Below, piece by piece: positions 8,493 through 17,094 of a stretch of DNA of 32,000 nucleotides (its first letter is position 1; each line of letters begins with the position of its first letter). The notes beneath the pieces are model-generated. The model saw nothing but the letters and a program-made list of their open reading frames with translations, was not told where the DNA came from and searched no databases. The DNA comes from Fibrobacter succinogenes subsp. succinogenes S85 (lineage in GTDB: Bacteria; Fibrobacterota; Fibrobacteria; Fibrobacterales; Fibrobacteraceae), in assembly GCF_000146505.1 (NCBI RefSeq), contig NC_017448.1:3540001-3572000 (forward strand), given 5' to 3'. Made by a program: the position numbers and the translations under genes.

Positions 8493-10817
8493 ATGAAACG
8501 AGTAGCAATGGGATTGGCCCTGGCTTTGGCAGCATCATCTGCCTTTGCTGGTCACGCCAATACGATTAACAAGACGGGTTTCGTCGGTGTCAATAAGACA
8601 CAGTCTGCCCAGTCTCTTGGTCATTCAAAGCTTGTGTTTACGGCTTTGGGCGATTACGCATTTGGCAATAGCATGTTCAAGGCTGATCCTGAAAACGGCT
8701 ATAACTATGCATTTGAAAATGAATACACGAAGCAGAAGGCTGAAGCAGCCCAGTACAGCGGCATAAGCGCTTACGTTGGTCTCGCTATCGGTCTTTTGGA
8801 CTACTTCGATATCGGTGTGACGTTGCCGGTCTTCTATGACCAGTTCAACGGCAACGCAGTTTGTGGTGAAGCAGAAGGCTGCAACCCGGCTGCTCTCGCT
8901 GGTACCAAGGTCGGTTACATTGGTAACGTGACTGCCAGCTTGAAGGCTCGCGCTCCGATTCCGGCAGATGTGCCTATCGACTTCGCTGCTTTCTTCAGAT
9001 ATTCTTTCAAGACATCCAAGAACTCCAAGCAGGGTGTCTGGATTCGTGAACCGGAATACATTGCCAAGGAAGTTGGCATGGCATTCCCGTACGGTACTGC
9101 TAAGTCTGTGATGACCGTCGGTGCCGCTTTGACGTTCGACCTTTCCAAGATTGACGTTATGCCTCTCCTCGTCCATATCAACGGTGGTTACCGTATGTCC
9201 ATGGACAAGGCTTACATGTCCTTCCCGTTTGCAAGCGCAGCTCTTGAATTCTATGTGCTTGACTTCCTCTCGTTCTTCGGTGAATTCTACATGGATATCC
9301 AGACCGAAGACTTTACCTGGAACGTTGCTCAGTATGGCCTCCCTGAAAAGCTTGACATGAAGCAGGTGACTGGCGGTGCTGTGTTCCACTTGCCGATTGG
9401 CCTCGACATCCAGCTTGGCGCTTCTGTCTACGTTGGCAATGACAACTATGTCCACTTTGCCCGCGTGATGGAAAACGAAGAAAACTTCCTCACCGGTATC
9501 AAGGCTACCAAGACTCGCGTGAACCCGCAGCTTGCCTTGTTCGGTGGTCTTACCTGGTCCGGCTTCCTCGCTCCGCAGGACCGCGATGGTGACGGCGTGG
9601 CTGACTCTGATGACCGCTGCCCGGATGACTATGGTCATCGTTTGAACGGCGGCTGCCCGATGGGTAACCCGGATAGCGACGAAGACGGTGTCTGCGACGC
9701 TTGGGTTTCTGAAAAGGGTATGCTTGACGAATTCCGTAATGTTTGCGAAGGCATCGACCAGTGCCCGACCGAAAAGGGTAATAAGTCTAATGGTTGCCCG
9801 ACGGATGATCCGGACCCGGATAAGGACGGCGTCTGCGATGCTTGGGTAAGCCAGAAGGGTGAACTCGACAACTTCAAGGAAATTTGCGAAGGCATCGACC
9901 AGTGCCCGGCTGAAGCTGGTACGCTCGTCAACAACGGTTGCCCGGAAGACAATCCGGATCCGGATGGCGACGGTCTCTGCTCTCCGTGGGTCACCGACAA
10001 GAACAAGCTTGACCAGTATGCCGGCGTCTGCAAGGGCTACGACATGTGTCCGGGTGAAGCTGGTGCTGCCGGCAATAAGGGCTGCCCGTGGGATGATCCG
10101 GACAGCGACGGCGACGGTATCTGCGACGAATGGGTTGTTCAGAAGAAGCTCGGCTACTACTTCGAAAAGGCTGCCGAAGACGAATCTGTTGCTAAGGAAT
10201 GGTTCATCTCCAAGACCTGTAAGGGTCTCGACAAGTGCCCGCTCGAACACGGTGTTGCCGCTAACGATGGCTGCCCGCTCCCGGATCCGGACCTTGACAA
10301 GGATGGCGTCTGCGATGCTTGGGTCACCGAAAGGAACATGTTCAACCTCTTCGAAGGTGTCTGCGCTGGTCTTGATCGCTGCCCGAATGAAGCTGGCGAT
10401 GATGGCTTCGGCTGCCCGAAGAAGAAGGTAGAAAAGCTCGAAGGTATCTCCTTCAAGAGCGGTTCTGCAACTGTCAACGCTAACGCTAAGAGAATCCTTA
10501 AGGGTATCGCTCAGAAGCTTAAGGAAGACGAAGCATACAAGGATCTCAAGATTGTGATCCAGGGTCATACCGACAACCGCGGTAAGGCTAAGAAGAACCT
10601 CAAGCTCTCTGACCGCCGCGCTAAGGCCGTTATGAAGCAGCTCACGAAGTTCGGCGTTGCCAAGAACCGTATCAAGGCTGTTGGTCTCGGCTCTACCTGC
10701 CCGGTTGACGACAACTCCACGGCAGACGGCCGCGAAATGAACCGTCGTATTGAAATGCACTTCGTCACACCGGAAAATGACGGTATGAAGTGCGAAAGCA
10801 ACTACGTTGGTGACTAA
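8493..10817 (+). CDS. OmpA-family outer-membrane protein: N-terminal barrel, Cys-rich thrombospondin-type-3-like repeats, C-terminal OmpA peptidoglycan-binding domain
   Basis: Signal peptide MKRVAMGLALALAASSAFA. Repeated DxDxDGxxD calcium-binding-type motifs. C-terminal OmpA motif GHTDNRGKAKKNLKLSDRRAKAV...NRRIE. Confidence 0.85.
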   Translation: MKRVAMGLALALAASSAFAGHANTINKTGFVGVNKTQSAQSLGHSKLVFTALGDYAFGNSMFKADPENGYNYAFENEYTKQKAEAAQYSGISAYVGLAIGLLDYFDIGVTLPVFYDQFNGNAVCGEAEGCNPAALAGTKVGYIGNVTASLKARAPIPADVPIDFAAFFRYSFKTSKNSKQGVWIREPEYIAKEVGMAFPYGTAKSVMTVGAALTFDLSKIDVMPLLVHINGGYRMSMDKAYMSFPFASAALEFYVLDFLSFFGEFYMDIQTEDFTWNVAQYGLPEKLDMKQVTGGAVFHLPIGLDIQLGASVYVGNDNYVHFARVMENEENFLTGIKATKTRVNPQLALFGGLTWSGFLAPQDRDGDGVADSDDRCPDDYGHRLNGGCPMGNPDSDEDGVCDAWVSEKGMLDEFRNVCEGIDQCPTEKGNKSNGCPTDDPDPDKDGVCDAWVSQKGELDNFKEICEGIDQCPAEAGTLVNNGCPEDNPDPDGDGLCSPWVTDKNKLDQYAGVCKGYDMCPGEAGAAGNKGCPWDDPDSDGDGICDEWVVQKKLGYYFEKAAEDESVAKEWFISKTCKGLDKCPLEHGVAANDGCPLPDPDLDKDGVCDAWVTERNMFNLFEGVCAGLDRCPNEAGDDGFGCPKKKVEKLEGISFKSGSATVNANAKRILKGIAQKLKEDEAYKDLKIVIQGHTDNRGKAKKNLKLSDRRAKAVMKQLTKFGVAKNRIKAVGLGSTCPVDDNSTADGREMNRRIEMHFVTPENDGMKCESNYVGD
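9579..10428 (+). repeat. In-frame coding repeats: one short plus about five long TSP3-like units
   Basis: Read from the translation: the unit GCPxxDPDxDxDGVCDAWVxxKxxLDxFxxVCEGIDQCPxExG recurs about 5 times after an initial DRDGDGVADSDDRCP unit. One unit carries a longer insert (KKLGYYFEKAAEDESVAKEWFISKTC). Confidence 0.75.
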
Positions 10818-10837
10818 TAACTTTTAGAGTCTCAACC

Positions 10838-10869
10838 AAAGCCCCGGGCATAAGCCCGGGGCTTTTCTT
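10838..10869 (+). terminator. Rho-independent terminator after the OmpA-family gene
   Basis: Perfect 9-bp stem gccccgggc (10841-10849) / gcccggggc (10854-10862), loop ataa, then a T-rich run ttttctt. Confidence 0.85.
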
Positions 10870-10897
10870 ATAATCGCAACTACGTTGCCATTTTGTC

Positions 10898-10919
10898 ATC
10901 CCGGCCTCCGTGCCGGGAT
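10898..10919. repeat. Stand-alone GC-rich perfect hairpin (REP-like element candidate)
   Basis: atcccggc (10898-10905), loop ctccgt, gccgggat (10912-10919): a perfect 8-bp stem with no following T-run, 30 nt downstream of the real terminator. Confidence 0.35.
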
Positions 10920-10948
10920 CGCCTTTATTAATTGCTAAATTATCGTAT

Positions 10949-11203
10949 ATGACAAAACTTGATGAAATTCTGACCGTAAATAACTTTAGCAATCACGATC
11001 TCGTTGAAATGCTCCCCGTGAACTTGAACCACAAGATGGTGCAGAAGGCGCGCCTCGGAAAGAAGCCTGTGCCAAAGCACACGCAAGACCTGATTCTGCA
11101 GGCTTTGAACAAACTCTTGCTGCAAACCGCGGCTGAAGTGGATGGCAAGGTTGTGAAGCAGTACAAGCGCGTGGAAGTGTTCGGAAACGACGAAGTCGCT
11201 TAG
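10949..11203 (+). CDS. Small hypothetical protein (84 aa)
   Basis: ORF with ATG at 10949 (MTKLDEIL...). The upstream extension to 10910 would run through the hairpin at 10898-10919. No recognisable motif; Lys-rich. Confidence 0.4.
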   Translation: MTKLDEILTVNNFSNHDLVEMLPVNLNHKMVQKARLGKKPVPKHTQDLILQALNKLLLQTAAEVDGKVVKQYKRVEVFGNDEVA

Positions 11204-11225
11204 CAACTTTTATTACATTAACAAT

Positions 11226-12038
11226 ATGCAGCAATACTTAGATCTTCTTAAAGATATTATCGATAACGGTGTGGACCGTTCCGACCGCACTGGCACCGGC
11301 ACTCGTTCTGTGTTCGGCCGCCAGACTCGCTTTGACCTTTCCAAAGGCTTCCCGTGCCTTACAACTAAGAAACTCCACTTGCGCAGTATCATTCACGAAC
11401 TGCTGTGGTTCTTGAAGGGCGATACGAATATCAAGTACTTGCACGATAACAAGGTTACGATTTGGGACGAATGGGCCGATGAAAATGGCGACTTGGGCCC
11501 GGTTTACGGTCACCAGTGGCGCTCCTGGCCGACACCCGATGGCGGACATATTGACCAGATTGCAAATTTGATCAATAGCCTCAAGAATAATCCGGATTCT
11601 CGCCGTCACTTGGTTTGCGCCTGGAACGTCGCCGAAGTCGACAAGATGGCTTTGCCGCCGTGCCATTGCCTGTTCCAGTTCTACGTGGGCGGTGTTGGTG
11701 CTAGCGGTAAGCGTAAGCTCAGCTGCCAGCTTTACCAGCGCAGTGCCGACATGTTCCTCGGCGTGCCGTTCAACATTGCGTCTTATTCGCTCTTGACGAT
11801 GATGCTTGCTCAGGTCTGCGGTTACGAAGCTGGCGAGTTTGTCCATACTTTTGGCGACTTGCATTTGTACAGCAATCACTTTGACCAGGCTCGTGAACAG
11901 CTTTCGCGTACGCCGCGTGCGCTCCCGACGATGAAGATGAATCCTGATGTCAAGGATTTGTTTAATTTCAAGTTCGAAGATTTTGAACTTGTGAATTACG
12001 ATCCGTGGCCGACCATCAAGGCTCCGATTGCTGTTTAA
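11226..12038 (+). CDS. thyA: Thymidylate synthase (ThyA type)
   Basis: MQQYLDLL...[29 protein letters not shown], active-site LPPCH, and [16 protein letters not shown]. These are canonical ThyA blocks. Confidence 0.97.
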   Translation: MQQYLDLLKDIIDNGVDRSDRTGTGTRSVFGRQTRFDLSKGFPCLTTKKLHLRSIIHELLWFLKGDTNIKYLHDNKVTIWDEWADENGDLGPVYGHQWRSWPTPDGGHIDQIANLINSLKNNPDSRRHLVCAWNVAEVDKMALPPCHCLFQFYVGGVGASGKRKLSCQLYQRSADMFLGVPFNIASYSLLTMMLAQVCGYEAGEFVHTFGDLHLYSNHFDQAREQLSRTPRALPTMKMNPDVKDLFNFKFEDFELVNYDPWPTIKAPIAV

Positions 12039-13036
12039 TGAACTCTTCGATTGACTTCATTGGCGATATTCATGGGCATTACGATGAACTCGTAGTGCTC
12101 CTTAAAAAGCTAGGCTACGAAGAACGCGGAGGCGCGTTCCGCTATCCGGGCGATGCTCGAACGGTCGTCTTTTTAGGCGATTATATTGACCGCGGGAGTC
12201 GTGTGCGCGATACGGTAAATCTCGTGCGTGCCATGCGCGATGCGGGTTCTGCTGTGGCTCTGCTGGGCAATCACGAGTTCAATGCGCTTAGCTTTTGGCA
12301 CGAGAATGGAGCCGGCGGGCGTCCCATAAAATCAATTCGCGGCGGTTATTTGCGTGAGCATTCTTTTAACAAAGTAGCGATTCACGTGAAGACTGTTGAA
12401 AGCTATCGCGGGCGCAAGGCGGAATTCCAGGAAATGCTTGATTTCCTCAAGACGCTCCCGCTTTACTTGGAAACGGACTTGTTCCGTGCGCAGCACGCTT
12501 GTTTTGACTTGAAATGTGCCGATGTGCTTAAAGCTGAAGGTATCCGTTCTTTTATGGATGGCGATTTTGACGAGCTTATTGCGCGTGCGAACGACAAGAA
12601 TGACGAATACGATGATTCGCTGTATTGGCCGATAAGTTTGTTCTTGAAAGGCCCAGAATTGGATTTGCCGGAGGGAGTGACGTTCCGCGATGCCGAAGGT
12701 GTAAATCGTAAACGTACGCGAATCCGCTGGTGGATTAATCCGAAAAACGTCACTTTGCAGGATCTCAGTTTCCAGCCGGGCGTGGAATTGCCTCCGCGCG
12801 AAGTTCCGCTTGAAATTCAGACTCGCGATTTCTATGGCGAAAATGAACGCCCGGTTTTCTTTGGGCATTATTGGTTGACGGGAATGCCTGAACTTATTCG
12901 TGATAACGTCTGCTGCTTGGATTACAGTGTTGCAGGTTATCGCGGTGATGGGCGCCTGGTTGCTTACCGTTTTGATGGCGAACAGAAACTTGATAACCGT
13001 AAGTTCGTCTCAGTCGAAGCCGGAACAGCATTATAA
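12038..13036 (+). CDS. PPP-family metallophosphoesterase (ApaH/PrpE-like Ser/Thr phosphatase or diadenosine tetraphosphatase)
   Basis: Motifs GDIHGH, GDYIDRG and GNHE in canonical order. ATG 12038 overlaps the thyA stop by one base (TAATG), implying translational coupling. Confidence 0.8.
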   Translation: MNSSIDFIGDIHGHYDELVVLLKKLGYEERGGAFRYPGDARTVVFLGDYIDRGSRVRDTVNLVRAMRDAGSAVALLGNHEFNALSFWHENGAGGRPIKSIRGGYLREHSFNKVAIHVKTVESYRGRKAEFQEMLDFLKTLPLYLETDLFRAQHACFDLKCADVLKAEGIRSFMDGDFDELIARANDKNDEYDDSLYWPISLFLKGPELDLPEGVTFRDAEGVNRKRTRIRWWINPKNVTLQDLSFQPGVELPPREVPLEIQTRDFYGENERPVFFGHYWLTGMPELIRDNVCCLDYSVAGYRGDGRLVAYRFDGEQKLDNRKFVSVEAGTAL

Positions 13037-13111
13037 AAAGCCCATACCCCATAGCCCAAAGCACCGAAGGTGCGACCCCATGGCTGATTGCCTTATTGCT
13101 ATATTTATTAT

Positions 13112-14419
13112 ATGCTACAATGGGATACGCTTCTTTCTGCAACGCGTTACGGTCACCCGGCCGATCCGGACCCGAACCGTTCTGACTTCCATCGCGATTA
13201 CGACCGCATCGTTTTTTCTACCGCATTTCGTCGCTTAGGCCGCAAGACTCAAGTTCATCCGTTCTCGGTGAATGACCACGTTCACAGCCGCCTCACGCAC
13301 AGTCTTGAAGTTTCGAGTGTGGGCCGTAGCCTCGCAATTACGGTGTATCACCTGATTAAAAAGCATTTGCCGAAGTACGTGAACGAATACCAGTTCGGTA
13401 CGATTGTGCAGTCGGCATGCCTCGCTCACGATATTGGAAACCCGCCGTTTGGCCATGCAGGTGAAGCCGCTATTCGCGAATGGTTCCGCAAAAATCGCCA
13501 TTCCGCACCGATGTCTGAACTGAGCGACAAGGAAATTGCAGACTTCGAAAACTTTGACGGTAACGCTCAAGGCCACCGCATTTTGAGCAAGCTCGAATAC
13601 CACTTCCTTGATGGCGGTATGCGTCTCACGTACGCAACAATCGGTTCGATGATTAAGTACCCGCGACTTGCGTATTACGGTTGCCCGACGAGTTTGTTCC
13701 GCACTGAGGCTGAACTCTATCGCGAAACGGCTGAAATTCTTGGCATTCCGGAAATTGAAAATGGCGTGTGGGCGCGCCATCCGCTTGTGTACTTGATGGA
13801 AGCGGCAGACGATATTTGCTATTCCATCCTTGACGTTGAAGATGCAATTGAACTTGGCATTTTGACGTTCGGCGATGTGCGCAACATGTTCAGTTTCTTG
13901 TGTGGTCCGGAAGTCGATATCGACCGCGAGTTCGAAGAAAACGGTCAGAACTTCAGAGACTTCCTCAGCAGCATTCGTGGGCGCGCCATCCAGAACTTGA
14001 TTGATGACGTGGCGGTGCTTTTTGTGAAGCATTACGACCGCATTATGGAAGGTTCGCTTGACAAGCACTTGATTGACCTTTCACGTTCCGATACGATGGA
14101 AGGTATTCGCATTGCGAAGCGCCTGGGTGTAGAACGCATTTACCCCGACCGCCGCAAGACGGAACTTGAAGTCGGTAGCTACACGACGCTTAGTACTGTG
14201 CTTGATGCGTTTATTAACGGCGTTTACGATTACCGCCAGAACGATCGCAATTCGTATCGTGCAAACCGCATTGTCCGCTTGATTGGACAGGCTAAGATTG
14301 GCCAAAGCGTTACGACCGCCGAAGCTTACCACCAGGTGCTTGACTTTGTGAGTGGCATGACGGACAATTACGCTACTTACCTCGCTCGTCAAATTGGCGG
14401 GCTTGCGATGGGCTATTAA
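13112..14419 (+). CDS. dgt: dGTPase-like HD-domain deoxynucleoside triphosphate triphosphohydrolase
   Basis: Blocks FHRDYDRIVFSTAFRRLGRKTQV, HSRLTHSLEV and LAHDIGNPPFGHAGE are the family signature. ATG 13112 (MLQWDTLLS) is preferred over the track start at 13088. Confidence 0.85.
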   Translation: MLQWDTLLSATRYGHPADPDPNRSDFHRDYDRIVFSTAFRRLGRKTQVHPFSVNDHVHSRLTHSLEVSSVGRSLAITVYHLIKKHLPKYVNEYQFGTIVQSACLAHDIGNPPFGHAGEAAIREWFRKNRHSAPMSELSDKEIADFENFDGNAQGHRILSKLEYHFLDGGMRLTYATIGSMIKYPRLAYYGCPTSLFRTEAELYRETAEILGIPEIENGVWARHPLVYLMEAADDICYSILDVEDAIELGILTFGDVRNMFSFLCGPEVDIDREFEENGQNFRDFLSSIRGRAIQNLIDDVAVLFVKHYDRIMEGSLDKHLIDLSRSDTMEGIRIAKRLGVERIYPDRRKTELEVGSYTTLSTVLDAFINGVYDYRQNDRNSYRANRIVRLIGQAKIGQSVTTAEAYHQVLDFVSGMTDNYATYLARQIGGLAMGY

Positions 14420-14431
14420 GAGGTTGGCTCG

Positions 14432-15130
14432 GTGAGTGCGCTGGATATCGGCATCAAGAACGATGCTTCAAAAATTTGGCTTTTTGATTACGACTTGACG
14501 CTTTACGGCGAAGAGGAACGCTTTGTCTTAAATTCGCTTGACCACCGCATTGCTGAATTTGTCCAAAAGACCGTGGGTGGAACGTTTGAAAGTGCTACAG
14601 AAATCCGCAAGGATTATTTGCACCGTTTTGGCACAACGCTTTCCGGGCTTATGGCGATGAATGGTACGGCTCCCGACGATTTTTTTGATTTTATCCATGA
14701 ACCCGAATACCTGATTTACCCGAAGGTGGCGCCTGAAAAGCTTGAACTTTTAAAGTCGCTTGTGGGACATCGCTTTGTGTTTACGAATGGGCGAGGGGAC
14801 TGGAGCCGCGCGGGCATGGCGCACATGCAGCTCGATTCTGCGATTGAGGATGTTTTTGACCTCAAGCTCATGGATTGGGAAGGCAAGCCTCACGTGAGCG
14901 CATACGATAAAATTGAAAAATGGCTTGTGGCGCGGGGTGTCTTGGCTCAGGAATCGTCGGAAAAGTCGCAAATTGTGCTGCTTGAAGATTCGCTACGCAA
15001 TTTGGAACCCGCTCATGAGCGCGGATGGACGACTGTTCTCGTGAATCCGAACATTCAAGCGCCCAGTTGGGTGGATTTTCATATCCCGCATTTACTAAAT
15101 TTAAAAGAGAAGCTAGTTACTAATCACTAA
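14432..15130 (+). CDS. HAD-superfamily hydrolase, pyrimidine 5'-nucleotidase-like
   Basis: HAD motif I FDYDLTLY (DxDxT), motif II FTNG, and the late acidic motif LLEDSLRNLEPAHERGWTTV. GTG start lies 12 nt after the dgt stop. Confidence 0.72.
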   Translation: MSALDIGIKNDASKIWLFDYDLTLYGEEERFVLNSLDHRIAEFVQKTVGGTFESATEIRKDYLHRFGTTLSGLMAMNGTAPDDFFDFIHEPEYLIYPKVAPEKLELLKSLVGHRFVFTNGRGDWSRAGMAHMQLDSAIEDVFDLKLMDWEGKPHVSAYDKIEKWLVARGVLAQESSEKSQIVLLEDSLRNLEPAHERGWTTVLVNPNIQAPSWVDFHIPHLLNLKEKLVTNH

Positions 15131-15158
15131 CCACTAATCACTAACCACCAACCACTAA
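15117..15158 (+). repeat. Six tandem heptamers, consensus YCACTAA
   Basis: ttactaa tcactaa ccactaa tcactaa ccaccaa ccactaa. The repeat spans the last codons and the stop (TAA 15128-15130) of the HAD gene and ends 4 nt before ATG 15163. Confidence 0.9.
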
Positions 15159-15162
15159 AAAC

Positions 15163-15969
15163 ATGCTCGATTTACTTTCCATGGATTTTATGCAGAACGC
15201 TCTCATCGCAGCGGTGCTTGTTGCCATTGCTTGTGGCGTTATGGGAACGTACGTCGTGGTGAACCGCTTGACGGCTCTTTCGGGCGGTGTGGCTCATGCC
15301 TCGTTTGGTGGGGTGGGGCTGGCTTGCTTTATCGGTTTTTCGCCGATGCTTGGCTCGCTTGGTTTTGCACTTGCCTGTGCGATGCTTATGGGTGCGCTCA
15401 CGTGGCGCGACCGCAAACATGCCGATACGTTTATCGGGATTATTTGGGCGGCAGGCATGGCACTTGGCGTGATTTTAACGGATTTGACGCCTGGTTACAG
15501 TGGCGAAATGATGAGTTTCTTGTTTGGTAGCCTTTTGACCGTGCCGACAGAACTCCTCTGGTGGATGGGGGCGTTGCTCGTGTTCATCTTGGGCGCTGTT
15601 TCGGTTTGCTTCCGCAATTTCCTTTCGATTTCATACGATCCGGAGTTTGCTCGCGTCCGCGGCATTCCCGTGCTGAATTACTACATGCTTTTGATTGCGC
15701 TGATTGCACTCACGGTCGTGATTGCCGTGCAGGCGGTGGGCATGATTCTCGTGATTGCGCTCCTCACGATTCCCGCTTACATCGCGGAATGCTATGCCAA
15801 AAATTTACTCCAGATGATGGTTATTTCGGTTCTGGTTTCGCTTGTACTTGTGGTGCTTGGACTCTTAGTCGCATGCCAGTTGAACTTTGTCGTTGGACCT
15901 ACGATTATCGCAGGTGGCGTCATCTTGTACTTGCTCAACTTTGCCGTTAAAAAGATTGTGAAAAAATAG
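15163..15969 (+). CDS. ABC-3 family metal (Zn/Mn/Fe) ABC transporter permease
   Basis: Polytopic protein with an N-terminus typical of ZnuB/MntB-type permeases (FMQNALIAAVLVAIACGVMGTYVVVNRL) and the conserved loop DPEFARVRGIPV. Confidence 0.8.
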   Translation: MLDLLSMDFMQNALIAAVLVAIACGVMGTYVVVNRLTALSGGVAHASFGGVGLACFIGFSPMLGSLGFALACAMLMGALTWRDRKHADTFIGIIWAAGMALGVILTDLTPGYSGEMMSFLFGSLLTVPTELLWWMGALLVFILGAVSVCFRNFLSISYDPEFARVRGIPVLNYYMLLIALIALTVVIAVQAVGMILVIALLTIPAYIAECYAKNLLQMMVISVLVSLVLVVLGLLVACQLNFVVGPTIIAGGVILYLLNFAVKKIVKK

Positions 15970-15979
15970 GAGAGGGAAA

Positions 15980-17092
15980 ATGTTTTCAATGTTGCGCGTT
16001 TCTGTAGCTTTAGCGTGTTCGTTCTTGGCGACGTCTGCATTTTCTGCCGTTGCCCGTAATTCGTTCGACAATATGGACGTCAAAACGTCTTATTCCGAAC
16101 TTTTGCAAGAGAAAAATGCCCGTAATGATTCTCTGTTGCCGGCATTTGATGGCGACAAGGCTTTTGCCGAAGTGCTTCGCCTGAATCCGAACTTCTGGAG
16201 TTTGGGTAGCGCCATCAACAAAGAAGAATCCCTCGTAACAAAGCTTCACGTGAACTTGATTTTTGTGGACGGTACCCGCGAGGAACCGTTCTGCGAACTT
16301 GACAAGGCTGCGAAAAATACCGCTGACGAATGGAATGTGCGCATCGGCGCGGACTTCGTTTCTGCAGGATCCAATACGGTCCACATTCACGTGCAGCAGT
16401 GCTTGGACTATGTGCGCGACCAGCTTGGTTACGCCATCAAGAAGGGCGATAAGATTATCCACGTGCCGCCCAAGGAAACGCTTGACAGAATCAAGAAAAG
16501 CGAAATTCCGGATGCCATTGACATTGACTTGCAGCAGACTCTTCTCAAGGCTCACGAAGATGTGAATCTCACCGGCAAATGCCCGAAGGATATTGAAGCT
16601 TACATCATCCTCATGAACGTCTACAATCAAGTCAAGAAGATGAAGATGGACTACGTGGTCATCAACGACCAGCTGAATAAGCAGCGTAATGGTGGTTCAC
16701 GCGTGCAGTCCTGTGCCTTTAGCCGCGAATGGAACAAGCGTTACCAGGAAAGCGCTAGCTTCGAATGCGATATCGATAACGACCGTTGCATCTACCGTCA
16801 GGAAAATGACGGCGATACGGAATGGTCCATCAACTACGAAAAAGACCGCTTTGAATACATCAACAAGAAGTTCCTCTTCTTCAATCGCGATCCGATGAGC
16901 ATCCACAAGGGCGGAACCATGATGGATTTGCGCCTAATCCGCCTCTCGACCACGCTTTACCTGGAAGCCTACATCAATTTGAAGGGCGAGCCGGTAACTC
17001 TTGGCCTTATCGTTGTGCCGGGCGACAAGACTATCAAGGATTACGAAGACGACCGCCCCTCTAATGAAGAAGCTCGTGAATTGACGGAATAG
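15980..17092 (+). CDS. Hypothetical secreted protein (370 aa)
   Basis: RBS aggagag 10 nt after the permease stop. Signal peptide MFSMLRVSVALACSFLATSAFSA. Several Cys residues. No recognisable domain. Confidence 0.55.
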   Translation: MFSMLRVSVALACSFLATSAFSAVARNSFDNMDVKTSYSELLQEKNARNDSLLPAFDGDKAFAEVLRLNPNFWSLGSAINKEESLVTKLHVNLIFVDGTREEPFCELDKAAKNTADEWNVRIGADFVSAGSNTVHIHVQQCLDYVRDQLGYAIKKGDKIIHVPPKETLDRIKKSEIPDAIDIDLQQTLLKAHEDVNLTGKCPKDIEAYIILMNVYNQVKKMKMDYVVINDQLNKQRNGGSRVQSCAFSREWNKRYQESASFECDIDNDRCIYRQENDGDTEWSINYEKDRFEYINKKFLFFNRDPMSIHKGGTMMDLRLIRLSTTLYLEAYINLKGEPVTLGLIVVPGDKTIKDYEDDRPSNEEARELTE

Positions 17093-17094
17093 AG

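Noticed and set aside
8625-10760. 711-aa ORF antisense to the OmpA-family gene
   Set aside because: The sense strand has a signal peptide, TSP3-like repeats and a canonical OmpA C-terminal motif. The antisense translation is low-complexity (runs of V/A/R/E) with no start context. A long open antisense frame is expected from the biased, repetitive codon usage.
6065-16630. Other antisense ORFs of 175-277 aa: 6065..6592, 11238..11879, 12332..12868, 13235..14068 and 16010..16630
   Set aside because: Each lies fully inside a sense-strand gene with strong family motifs (OMP, thyA, PPP phosphoesterase, dgt) or a good RBS and signal peptide. None has its own initiation signals.
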